From: the human T2T-CHM13v2.0 reference genome, Homo sapiens
DNA: 64,000 nt
Reading direction: 5' to 3' (one strand)
Assembly: GCF_009914755.1 (NCBI RefSeq)
Contig: NC_060939.1
Part shown: in pieces, positions 14,501 to 26,899 of the stretch
Numbering within the stretch: position 1 is the first letter of the stretch
Layout of the letters: every line of letters starts with the position of its first letter
Translations under genes and position numbers: made by a program
Notes under the pieces: model-generated
Told to the model about the DNA's origin: nothing
Seen by the model: the letters and a program-made list of their open reading frames with translations, nothing else
Database searches by the model: none

Positions 14501-15800
14501 CATCACCAGCCCCAAGTTCTGCCACAACCCCAACAACTTACTTCCACTCATCAATACCGTTTACTGGCGGGGGGCGGGGGAGCACACAGAGATAACTGAG
14601 ACTAATAAGAAGTTAGAGGAGGTGCACCCATAACCCCTATGATTCTCTAGTATGGCCAGTCAAAAAGCCTGATGGAACTTGGCAGATGACAGTGGATTAT
14701 CAGGAACTGAATAAAGCAACATCCCCTCTGCATGCAGCTGGACCTTCCATCATAGACTTGATGGCTGTTTGACAATGGAACTGGGACAGTACCACTTTGT
14801 GATGGGACTTGGCTAATGCATTCTTCTCCATTGACATTGCTCCAGAGAGCCAGGAACAGTTTGCCTTCATGGGAGGGTGACGACGGACTTTCACAGTGTT
14901 GCTTCAGGGCTTATATGCATAGCCCCACCATATGTCATGGTCTTGTTAATAATGTTATATTCACTTCTGATTCTCTTGCAGGTTTAGAAGCAGCAATGCC
15001 CTTCTTGCCTGGGATTGGGATGATGCAGCTGAGACAGCCTTCCTGGTAGCCAAGTAGGCTATTCAGCAAGCACAAGCCCTATGGGTAGTTGACCAGAGGT
15101 GCCCATTTAAGCTAGATGTGCATGTGACCACAGATAGTTTCAGTTAGGGCCTATGGCAGTGCATGAGTGCCTGAGTATGCCAGTAGGCTTTTGGTCCCAA
15201 TTATGCAAGGGAGCTGAGCTCCAGTATTCCTTGATACAGAAGCAGTTAGTAATAATAGGATGGGTGTGTTCATGGATAACCACCCCCTGGACAGGGAAAG
15301 CAGTTAGTAACTGTATATACTGCCCTTCAGGCTCATAAGAGCATGGCAGGAATGGCTACAATCATCAGGCAGACAACTTTCCCAACAGTGGGGTGGGTAC
15401 ACTCGTGGGTAATGACCCCATCGACTGGGACAGCACAGACATCCACTTTAGCAAAGTGGGGAGCCTACTTACAGCAGTAAAGTACACTGATTACAAGTCC
15501 CTTAGCAGTAGAGTTACAGGAAGTCTTGGGACCTGTAGTCCTAATGCCAAGTAAGGCCATGGGGCCTGAGGCACCCCTAAACCCTAAGCCTTCATCATTA
15601 GGAAGGGCATTCTCCCATTCCTAATAGGGCTTGGTACACAGATATGTGTAGGCAGGGAGCTACTGCTGCCTGGATTGCTGCCACAGTCCAGCCTAGTACT
15701 AACACCATATGGGTTAAAACCAGGTGTAGGCAAAGTAGCTAATGAGCTGCACTCAGGGCAATGTGAACAGTAATCACCAATGTTGCAACACCTATGGTAA
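14500..15800 (+). pseudogene. Degenerate, multiply deleted pol (RT, tether, partial RNase H); no integrase seen
   Basis: PYDSLVWPVKKPDGTWQMTVDYQELNK (14635-14715), DLANAFFS (14806-14829), QG-YMHSP, then a deletion into the YxDD region, then TSTLAKWGAYLQQ. Confidence 0.85.
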
Positions 15801-15984
15801 TCTGTGCCAACAGCCGAGCAGTTTATTGAAGCTTATGTATGTGATGGGCTTGTGTGCCCAGAGCCTATGTATAAGGCTTATGTGTCAGGCCTATGTGCCC
15901 AGAAGCCTATGTGTATGTATCAGGCCTGTGTGCCAAACCTGTGTATAAAACCTGTGTGTCCAGGGCCTATGTCTCCCTCAGCCT

Positions 15985-15995
15985 AGGGGGAGTAG
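15985..15995 (+). promoter_or_regulatory. Polypurine tract
   Basis: 'agggggagtag' immediately before the 3' LTR. Confidence 0.8.
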
Positions 15996-16586
15996 TGAAA
16001 GGTACATGGATGTGCTTTGGTCAAGGAATAGGCCAAGGTGGATATCCAAGCGAGTTTGGTGCGTGAGTGTGCACCTCCACTTGTTATATAACTTGTTTGT
16101 GTAAGTTCATACTTGGCTCTGAGCCACTATTGCTGTAAAAGGTAGAACTGCCCTGTCGACACTGTGCACAAGAGACATGGCTCTTGGGGCTCGGCTCAGC
16201 TCAACATGGCTTGACATGGCGGGCGTGCTGGCGTCCACAGAAAGAGAGAGTCAGGGCTGTCCATATTTGCAGATGCTCCCTGGGGAGCCAGGATACAGCT
16301 TGGATTGCTTGTGCCCAGAGAAAGAGTTAAGCTGTTGACCCTGAGGCCAAGGGAGAGCAGGCCATACAGCTGCAGGTGTCGGGGCAGCAGGGGCCACAGA
16401 GCGGGAGCAGACAGCCGAGACACAGGCGAACAGTGTAGAGAGCTAGCGTGAGAAAGCTGTTGATGAGAAGTGCTGCTGAATAAAATCATCTTTCACCTGC
16501 CTACGGCCCCCCGAGTGTTCTTTCTGCTTGCCCACCCACTCCCTCCAGACCTCATCATGACCTTTGGCATAGTTGTGAACCTGATA
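15996..16586 (+). mobile_element. 3' LTR (591 bp; terminal CA mutated to TA)
   Basis: Aligns end to end with the 5' LTR, with a ~14-bp deletion near 16050. Confidence 0.93.
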
Positions 16587-18392
16587 CAGGCTCATTTGGC
16601 GGTAATGAGATATGTGATAACTGTTTTAGGTTTATATGACCCTCCTCTCCTTTCCCTCCCCCTAAATATGTGTGTGTATGTATACATATATATTATGTAT
16701 ATACTGTATTCCTTTGTTTCTTTGTCTACTAAAACCAACCATAAAGGAGGGAGCTGCCTTCAATACCTAAAGTATAAGAAGGGTGCCGGGGAATGTCATA
16801 ATGGAGGCTTTCCCAACTGAATTTGAATTATTTCACTAAAGAGAACATGAGTTGACTCAGCCCTTTCCTCACAGGAGGGAGGGTTCAATTCCCCTGACTT
16901 CACACACTCACTCCATAAGGCCTGCTTTGGCAAAACTGCCACAGGGGCCTGTGGAGCTGACTCTGGTCATACCTGGTTTCAGTAGAAGGTCCACTTTTTG
17001 TTTTTCTGTTTAAAAAAATATGTCCTATGTGTCCTCAGAAAACTGTACTGGAAGAGTGGGTGGAAGGAACTTGTATAGGTCAGCTTCCAACACTTTGGAA
17101 TAGATTAAAAAGAGAATCTTTTAAATGAAAACTTAAAAAATAACAAATAAAAGGGCAATATAACAACCGGGCTGTAGAGAAGACAGTGTCTCAGGTATTA
17201 CAGAGGCCTAAAGAGAACCTGTGAGGAAGACAATTATGAACCTTACCTCAAATTGTAGTAGCTTAGTTAATTAATTAGTATTACAGCACTTATGACCAAT
17301 GAAGGATAGATGTTTGTAATACGTAATGTTTTCATATAAATAAAAAGTCACAAAGGACTCAAAACACAAATGGCAAATAGGCAAAATATTTAAGGGATAC
17401 CTCAAAAGTGATAGAATATGATTAGTAAATATTTTTAAAACAAGTTCAGCTTTACTAGAAAGAAAAAATGAATTAAACAATGTTGTATCATATTTTGCTT
17501 AGCATATCAGCAAACATTTTAAAAGTCTATAAACCAAAGTTGTTGCATTGTAGTGCAAAAATAAATATTTGTCAGATGACTCAATAAGTGGAGAGATGGA
17601 TTGATGACTATTAGGGAAAACATCACATACAAAACCATGGTTGAAATCTATGCATATGAATTAAGGTACATATAGATGCATGGAAAAGTACTTGTGGGAT
17701 GATATTCATTGCTCTTTAGGTTCCTTGTCTGTAAAATGAAAATAAATGCATTACTTAGGGTTCTTTTGTAATTTTTCCCTAATTTTCTTTATCCCCCAAG
17801 TTTCTGTTATAGTGTTAAATTTCCTGTATTTTTGAAATAAAACTGTAAAATAAGGGTTTAAAACTGTTTAAAAATGGGAAATTGGACATAAATTACTGTG
17901 GTGGACTGGGAGACTAGACAGAGTTCGAAGAATGGTAATAGAAGAGCTTGGATCCCACAATTGCCTGTAGTACAAATTAACGTATTAGCTATACCTAAAC
18001 TTGAAAGGCAGACTATGGGGACTGAGCCCTGTAACTATAATCCAAGTCTTAGGGTCTAGTGGCAAGATTTTCAGGTCAATAGGAAGTAGTCCAACATGAT
18101 CCATTTGAGAAGGACATCCTGAACAATGAGAATTCTATTTGTGATTTATCTCTACTGTAGCTGCATATTCACTGAAATATCTTTACTCTTAATGAAGCTT
18201 CCTTGTGCATTTGAATCAATAGAGAAGGCTGACCTGGAATGGAAAGGATGAGGGGAAGCAGCCCTGAGAAACAAACCAGAGAGAGAATGGGAAAGGCCAG
18301 GACTTGTAAGTTGAAAGAAAACTGAGACATAGCAGTAGTGAAGAGTTGGGAAGTAGAGCTGCTTGCATCGTCGAGCACCTAGAAGCTCTATG

Positions 18393-18740
18393 CAGTGTGG
18401 CTAAAAGTGTGCTCCTATTTCAGAACTACCAGAGTTCTTTCTAAAAATGTGGATTGCTGGGCTTAACTCAGAAATACTGAATCCCAGTCCCTGAGGATGT
18501 GCATTTTAAATGTTTCAAAGTGATTCTCATGCACTTTAGAAAGGTTTGAGAACAATCACACATCAGCATGCTTAAGAAACATCAGGAAGCTTATAAAGAA
18601 ACTATGTATTCCCGGATCGGATCCCACCACTACAGTTTCTGATGCACTGAAGCTGGGATGCTGTCAGAGTCTATATTCTCAGCAAGCATCTTGGGTTTTT
18701 GAGGCAGGTCGTTTACAGATTATACTCTGGGAAACAATGT
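18393..18740. mobile_element. Two adjacent MER5-type (hAT-Charlie) MITE relics
   Basis: 'aaaaatgtggattgctgggc...tactgaatc...tgcattttaa...gtgattctcatgcac...gtttgagaac' pattern, followed by a second similar degenerate unit. Confidence 0.6.
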
Positions 18741-19120
18741 TACAGGTTCTTTGAATATAGTTAAATATTGGCATAAAAGAATCAGATGACCAGACTATGA
18801 TTTGAAATTAAGCACAGCATCAGTAATGGCACATTAATTTCTTCTTTGCTTATTCATTTATGTTTATGACAGTCCAATCCTGGTGAATTTGTTTAACATT
18901 TAAATAGACATAATGTGAGAATTTTGTGAAATAATCTTGTTCTTCCCCACACTATCACTATGGGTTATAACAGCAGGGAGTGACTTTTGTGAGCTCACTT
19001 CCAGAATGGAAGAAGTGATTTCACCTGATGAATAAACCTCCCAGCATTCTTTAACAGTTGGGTGCAGCTGAAACCTGCATCAGGAGTAGCTAGTCTCATA
19101 GTATCAAACACTTTCTTTCT

Positions 19121-19133
19121 AGCTGACTCAGCT
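19121..19133. promoter_or_regulatory. AP-1/MARE-like palindrome AGCTGACTCAGCT
   Basis: Sequence motif only; no functional data. Confidence 0.3.
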
Positions 19134-19899
19134 TTTAAGACTGGAAACCTGAATAAAGTGAGAAAGAACTAGGCTCCCGAAAAAAAGAAAAGGAAAAAAG
19201 AAAGTTGAGTTCTCTTACTGGCTCCAGAAGGAACTCCTAAAAGTGAGTACCTAGTTCTTAGGTAACAAGTGATCGTTGATTGTCATTTGCCTGAACACAG
19301 GCTTGATACTGGTGGAGATCCAGGGAAATGAGCACTTCAAAACTCTCCTGGTGAAAATTTTGGATTTAGAGTAGCATAACTCAGTGGTAATTCAGACCTT
19401 GGACAAAAATGTGACACAAAGGGCCTCTTTTCTATCTCCTCCTCTCTTTCCCCACTCCACTCACCACACACAGACATTTTAGTTATCTGTCATACTTTCC
19501 CTAGAAAGTAACAAACTGGATGGGCAAGGAATGTTCAAAGTAAAACCAGTATTTTAGGGTTAGGACAACAGGATTTGAGACTATGTAAAATTCTTTGTCA
19601 CTTTCATTGATTTTGAGAAACGGCACTTTTTATTTTATTGTCATTTTCTTTTTTTGCCCTTCCTAAATTTTTAGTAACTTAAAGCACAGTCACCTGTCTT
19701 AGCTAAGATAAAGATTGAAAAGGTTTCTGCTCAATAATGTTGAGTTTAGCATGTTTTAAGGAAAGTAAGACATTCTTTGGGCCGGGCACGGGGGGTAGCA
19801 GTTGGAACAAAAGAAGTTGATTGAGAATGCTTGTATAATAAATTCTCTGCCCAAGAATCTCCTGCCAGAATTTTATTTGCTTAAAATGTGGATTGTTTT

Positions 19900-20090
19900 A
19901 AAATTTTGTTTTCGTGAGAATGATTGGCTGTTCACTTTCAACCCTTTCTTCCCCTGCGTTTTGTTTTCGCTTTTGAAAGCCACTCCATCGCAGAAGCAAC
20001 AGGGACGCAAATCCGTGGAGTCTTCAGCCCCTGAGTGTGCTGCTCTCACAGGCTAAGCTGCAGCTCCAGGGAGATGAGCAGGTATTTGGC
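19900..20090 (+). promoter_or_regulatory. Candidate promoter / non-coding first exon
   Basis: Repeat-free, 7 CpGs in ~200 bp, inverted CCAAT at 19923, donor-like CAG|GTATTT at 20081/20082. Confidence 0.3.
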
Positions 20091-20899
20091 CTCGAGCCCA
20101 GTTTTCTTCCTGTTGTCAACAAATTGTTTATTTCCCTACTCAGATTTTTTTTTTCTCACTCTCTTATCACAAGTCATGCTTACTAACAGCTTGTTAACAG
20201 TCTCTTTGGTTGGGACAAAGGTGAAAAATAGTAGTAATTTAACCTTCAACCTTTCATAGTTTACAAATTCTCCCACTCCCTCAGACGCAGCATCAGTCCA
20301 TGACCTTGATATTTTTATGTCTCACTATTGAGTCATTTTAAAGTCTGTCCCTGGCTGTGACAGCCAAGGCAGTGCTGAGCACAGGGACTGTCCCCGTTCT
20401 TGTAGCTGATATTACACATTGTCTAAGGATAGTGGAGACTGCACTCCCATTGCCTGGTGACTGCTGGGTCCCACAGGGACTCAGAAATGGGCTGTTTTCC
20501 AAGGCAAAGACAAGTGGTAAAGTGAGGATTCTGAAGCCGGATGCTTCTTCCTGGAAGTGCCTGTCATCAGAGAGCCTCTCTCCCCCACACCATGGGATTT
20601 ATCTGGTACTATAAGTCATGGGCTTGTGAATATGTTTGGGCCATTGCACAGAGCTTCAAAGTACTTTTGAAAATGATGAGACGAGCAATTTTTCGACAGT
20701 CACAGCATATATGCTTTCATGGCTCTGCAGCAGGCAGAAGTGAATGTGGGATTTCTTTCTCCTATTTTAGTTTGTTTCTGATGATATATGAAGTATAGGA
20801 AGCTCTATACTTAATGTGAATTTAACAATATAGGATTGAACCAATTATTTCCTAACTCGCCAATTTTTTTTCTTAAGTTTTGCAGACTCACATTTTCAT

Positions 20900-21110
20900 A
20901 GTACTGCAGAGTAATGCTTAAATATGTGGGTTCTAGGTCTAGTTTCTGACTTAGAACACCTACTAGCTGTGTGAGCTTGGGCAGGTTACGTAATAATTAT
21001 GGTGTCTCAACTACTTTAATTAAAAAGTGGGGGTTAATCATAATGCCTAATCCGTAGGGTTCTTGTGAGGATGAAATATTGGTATGCTCAGTGATGTGTC
21101 TGGCACATCA
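20900..21110 (+). mobile_element. MIR
   Basis: 'ctactagctgtgtgagcttgggcaggttac...tagggttcttgtgaggatgaaat...gtgtctggcacat'. Confidence 0.7.
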
Positions 21111-22079
21111 AAAACGAACATCAGTTATTGGCATGAATAACAGAAGAACTTACTTGTCCTAGGTGACCATGTGTGCCTCAGTGAATCAGCGCTCTTAGGG
21201 TAGAGCTCACCCGGTTGAGTAATGAATTAACTTCCTAATTGGAATCAGGGAGGAATTCTCAGAGGACAAATTCTTGGAGCTGCTCAGGTGTTGATTTCTA
21301 AACAGAATGCAACTAAGTTCATCTATATTCCACACCAGCACGTGTCCATCTCCATTACCACCATGTGACTGAAAGCACGCTGTAATATTCCAAGGAGCTG
21401 ACACAATCTTTTTTTTGGAACAATGTTAATTTTGGATTGTATTTAGGTATATTCAATAGCCATAAATCATAGAGTTACCAAGAATGAGATTGAGAGTCTG
21501 TTGGTACTCACAGTCTTCATTCAAAGGCATGACCCAATTGTTCTTTACACTGGAAAATATACAACATATAACATGCTATAGGATTCTCAAAGTAGGTATC
21601 TAAAGTTTTGGTTAAAAATATTTTACAGTCAGACTCTTGAGTATTTATGTATATTTTTAAATGATTCTCTTGATACAAGTAATATCACAACAAAAATAAA
21701 ATTAAAATATTAATTATCACACTCCCATATCAAGTTGCTTTTCCTATCCATGTTTTTTTTTTCCAATCCATCTTTTTAGATTAATGTATGCTTTGTATAT
21801 TAGAAGACAGCTATATAATTTGGTCTTTTGTCCTTGTTAGCCTAATTTACTATGAATATTTTTCTTTTTAAAAGATAATGTTCATAATTAATCATTTCAA
21901 TGTATAGATAACATTCTATTGAATGGATGTACCTTGTTTTACCACTTCCTTCTTGTTGGATATTAAGGTTGTTTCTATAATATTGTTAAGATAACGCTAC
22001 AGCATATAACTTCACACAAAACCTCTTTCCCTTTCTCTTGGATTCTTTCTTTAGTCATCAACTTAAAAAAGCAGAATTA

Positions 22080-22360
22080 GGCCAGGCAGGGTGGCTCACA
22101 CCTGTAACTTCAGCACTTTGGGAGGCTGGTCAGGAGTTCAAGACCAGCCTGACCAACATGATGAAACCCTGTCTCTACTAAAAATACAAAAATTAGCTGG
22201 GTGTGGTGGTGTGTGCCTGTAATCTCAGCTACTTGGCAGGCTGAGGCAGGAAAACTGCTTGGACCGGGAGGCAGAGACTGCAGTGAGCTGAGATTACCAC
22301 ACTGCACTCCAGCCTGGGTGACAAGAGTGAAACTGTCTCAAAAATAATAATAAATAAAAA
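22080..22360 (+). mobile_element. AluS with an internal ~19-bp deletion in the left arm
   Basis: 'ggaggctg|gtcaggagttcaagacc' lacks 'aggcgggcggatcacctga'. A-rich tail present. Confidence 0.9.
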
Positions 22361-22519
22361 GCAAAATTATATTTATAATTGCTAACTTGATTATTTTATT
22401 CTCATAAAACATTAGCTCCTTGGTGTAGAAGGCCTTCAAAGAATAAAGATGTAGCATTTGGAGGAGGTTACGAAGCATAGCAACTGAGAGTGGATGGAGT
22501 CTTCTCCATAAGAGAACCA

Positions 22520-22940
22520 TTTATTTTCTCAAAAAACATTAACTTAGTATTTTGCATGTTACAGGTGCTCTATTAGGCCCTGAGGGTAGAACAGTGACCA
22601 AAAAGACACAGTTCTTGTCCTCTTAGAGTTTGAATCTAGTATGGGAGTCATTTTAATCAAATAATTGGACAAATAAATAATAAATCACACTTCTATTAAT
22701 AGCCACAACAATAAGAGGTGCATGTGCCATGAAAGTTTAACTATGGGAGTGACCAAGGGAAGAGGCTAGAGGGAGTAATATTTGAAATGAGTTTTCAAGG
22801 ATGAGCAGGAGTTAAAGTAGGGTGCTAGGTGTTTTCTAGGCAGTGGGGAGAGCATCTGAGCTAGCCCTGTGGTAGGAGGGGAAAGGCTCATTGCAGACAA
22901 GAAAACCATGCTATGGTAGGTGGGGCACAGACATTGAGGC
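22520..22940 (-). mobile_element. L2 3' region
   Basis: 'caggtgctctattaggccctgagg...aacagtgaccaaaaagacacagttcttgtcctcttagagtttgaatctagt'. Confidence 0.7.
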
Positions 22941-25712
22941 ATCTTTTTTCTATGACAGGAAAGAACATTGCTCTAGAATATTTACTCTAAATGTGAATGG
23001 GAGAATTGAATCAATGTCTTTATTGTTTTTACTCTGCGAACTTCTCAGCTACTATAAAAACTGGTTCTAATAAAAAGGCCTTCAAAGTTGCTTTGTGGGC
23101 TATTTATGCTTATTAGAATATTCCATTTATAATAAGAAAAAGCTGCCATATTATTATATAGCTCTTTTTTAAAAGGAAATTCACATCTGTAACTTTATGT
23201 CAGTAAAAGACATTTCATTGTCAAGATGATCTCTGAGTGAATATAAACATTCTGGTTGACATTAAAGTTGGCCAATTCTCTGTGGAGACTATATATTGCA
23301 TATGAAAGGAAGTCAAATTGCGTAAGCATCTCTTATTCTCAGAGTTCTCCAATCTAATAACTTCTTCACTGGGATATCAACTTTCTAAATGTCAGGACAA
23401 ATTACAGCTATTTATGACAGTCTTTCTTGAGCTGTTAAAGACTCAAAATGCCTGCCCTTACCCTCTGGCATGGAGATAGTGATGAGTGGAGTTTGCAGTG
23501 CTTTGGGTCCATATAGATGCTCACATGTGATAAATGGGTGTGTTATGGCCACCTCACATTTATATAGCACTTTAAATTTTCTAAAGCATCTTCATGTTTA
23601 CTTACTGTATTAAATGTCCAGTTTTAGAACCGGAATGGACTTTAAGGGTCATTTGATTTAAATGGGGTTTTTAATGAAAAAAGCATGTGTGTCATGTAAT
23701 CTAAGACTATTTTCTAACTGCGACTTGTGAGTTAGTTGGTTACAAAATCAGTTTAGGGGATTGTGACTAGGATTTCAAAAGTATAATATATTGAAATGCA
23801 GTATGAATAATGTTTTCTGAAACTTTTGTTTCAGTAGCATTTATGTTTGTAAGCATAAGCATGTGTTTATTTGGTCATGCTTGAAATTTAAATACCATGA
23901 TAAAGTGAATAAGTAGTGGTATTACTGGTTTTTAAAAAGCAATGGGTTTGCGAGCTGTGTTCAAACTGTAGCCTTGTAACCCACTAGCTAAGTGACTGTT
24001 GGAAAGTCAAATAAATTCTCTGCAACACAGTCTCCTCATTCTAATACCAATTGTGTCAATCTGGCTCAAGTTATAACAGAGGGCATATATGAAAAAGGTT
24101 CCCAGAAGATGTTTAATCGATATTAATAGTTTTTGAAATCCAACACATATTCACTTATAAACTGAGAGACTTACAAATGAATGGCCAGGTATTATTGACT
24201 TAATTTTACAAATGAAGAAATGGAAGCCAATGGGGGCAAATGGCTAATTCAAGACCACTTAACAAGAATGAATCACAATCAAATCCAGCTTTCCTGGCTC
24301 TTGGTCTTTCGTACTTACCTCCATTCTTGTCCCTTACCTTTGGAATTTCTTTTCCTGCCTCAGGTTCTTTATTCCTTTTTATATTAAGCAGAAAATAAAT
24401 AACAACCCTCTTGTGTTTTATTAACCTAAACCTCTGACCTCAGAGTACCATGCTTACGTATTACAGAGGACGTCGCTAACCATAAACTATTGACTTACAT
24501 CAACAGAGCATGCAATATTGAAGAAAGAAACAATGGGATGTCAGAAACTTTTATTTGCAGTATTTTTAATTTCAGTGATTAACTGTGATTTTTAAATAAG
24601 ACATTTAATCTTTCTGTGTCTTACCAGAAAAGTTGGATTGAACTAGGCTATAGCTGAGAACTTTTTTGCTCAAAATATTTTGAGAATATAAGTATTCATT
24701 ACTTACCAGAAGCGATTATTAATGGTGAAATGCATAAGGTGATCAGTAGTTCTTGTTTACTAAGCCACTCTATACATTGTTCTAGAGGCTTTCTATTAAA
24801 ATATTTCAGTCTCAGGTTTGTAGAGACCTCCCATGGGAATTAATGTATTCATTTGCATTTATATGTTTGTTAATTTCAAGAGGAATAAAATATTACCCTT
24901 TCCATTCCTTGTTGCTGAACTACTGCTTAATCTGTAAGATTCAGATCAAATGACATAATTTCTGCAAAGCTGTCCCATTCACCCAGGTGGAAACAATCAC
25001 ATCTAAAGCCCTTAGCTATACCACTCACCAAAAGGTAATGTGATTATTTTTGTGATGTATACAAGACTGATGTAGCCTCAGAATCCAGACTACTGCCTGG
25101 CATATAATAGATGCCCAATAATTATTTACTGGATGAAAAAAGACTCTAGAAAAATTTATTAAGTCTCTGTGTATCTGTCAGTGAATGTAGTAGACAGAAC
25201 AATTTACAGATTCTTCCATGATAGAAGGATACATTTATGGTAGAAACAATAATGAAGAGGATTGTGATAACTTGACTAACCAACAGCCTTGATAACTTGA
25301 AGGATACTTCCCCTATGACCCTTGAGCCATCCTCTAAAAGCAGCCCTGCAACCCATACATTGCATCTTCCTTCAATATTAGCTGTCTCTACAGAGCTCAC
25401 ATTGTTTTCTGGTGGAAATCATTTATTTAGAGCTGCAGAGAGTAGGATTCAGTTGGAAAGAGATGAGTGCACAGAGAGCATGGGATATTGGGAGAGAGTG
25501 TGCTTCTTCCTTGGAATGGAACTAACACCTTAAGAATCATCTCTGTTTGTAAGTGCTCCAAGGCTGCTTCTCAGGCACTTTCCTCCCACGCTTAGCACAT
25601 TTGGATAGATGGAGCTAGAGTTAATTCACCGCAGATGAGCAACCAATAGCAATTTAGGTTCTAAGTTGATTAATCCAGGTAAGGGCAAAGTTTATTCAAG
25701 AGAGACAGCACG

Positions 25713-26034
<322 letters not shown>

Positions 26035-26899
26035 AGAGATAGCACGGCACAGTTCAGTGCTAATAGACTAGATTTGTTTCCGGTGTTGCCATTTACCAGC
26101 TGTGTGACCTTGCAGAAACCTCGTAATCTTTTTGAGATTCAGCTCTTCATTTGTAAAAAGGGAGGAATGATGCTTTCCCTTTTCTTTCATGAAATTGTTG
26201 TGAAGCTCAACTTAGGAAATAAATAGCTAAATGTTTATAAGTGTAAAATATTAACCTTTTCCATTTATATTTTTATGAATTAAGGAAATAATGACAGAGC
26301 AAATTAAGGAAATAGTGAGAGGGTGCACTGTATTTTTAGCCTGTAGTAAGGATAAATTTTAGTTTTGTGTAATAACAACAATGCTGATTATCTTGTGCTT
26401 TGTTTAACCTAAATAATTATGTAATTTACTCAGAAAATTACAGTGACTTGATATGCCATACAAACTGGCTTTTAGTTAGAAAAGCTAAAAGCAAGAGGTA
26501 TCCTTTCCTAATCCCAAAGAAAGCCTATATTTCATTTGACTAAAATCAAAGACTTTTGAACACTGAATCATTTTGAACACAAAATTCAAACACCAATTCT
26601 TATCACAATCAAAATTTACTTTTTAAAGCACAAATAAATTCTGTTGATACCAAAAATTAATGTTTTCCCTTTAAGATGGAATGTTGTTTATAAACTATGT
26701 GTTTAGGGTTATATGGTTATACGTGTTTTCTAGCCTGCCTATAACTAAGATTCTCAAGGTGAGATGGGATTTAAGCTATCAATAGAAAATTGTGCTTTCA
26801 CAGCTGTTATGGGCCAGATATTGAATCAGAAGTTTGTTTCAGTCAATGGTTCTTATAAAGAGAAAACAGCACTTAGTTTCATGGGGAATGTCACAGAAA

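Larger units (their letters stand above)
12111..16586 (+). mobile_element. Internally deleted class III endogenous retrovirus (HERVL18/HERV-S-like, LTR18-type LTRs)
   Basis: Direct-repeat LTRs, 5-bp TSD CAGGC (12106-12110 and 16587-16591), tRNA-Ser-like PBS, PPT, and protease/RT/RNaseH-region relics. Confidence 0.9.

Noticed and set aside
19780-19792. 'ggccgggcacgg', matching the Alu 5' end
   Set aside because: Only ~12 nt with no body, tail or TSD, so not distinguishable from chance.
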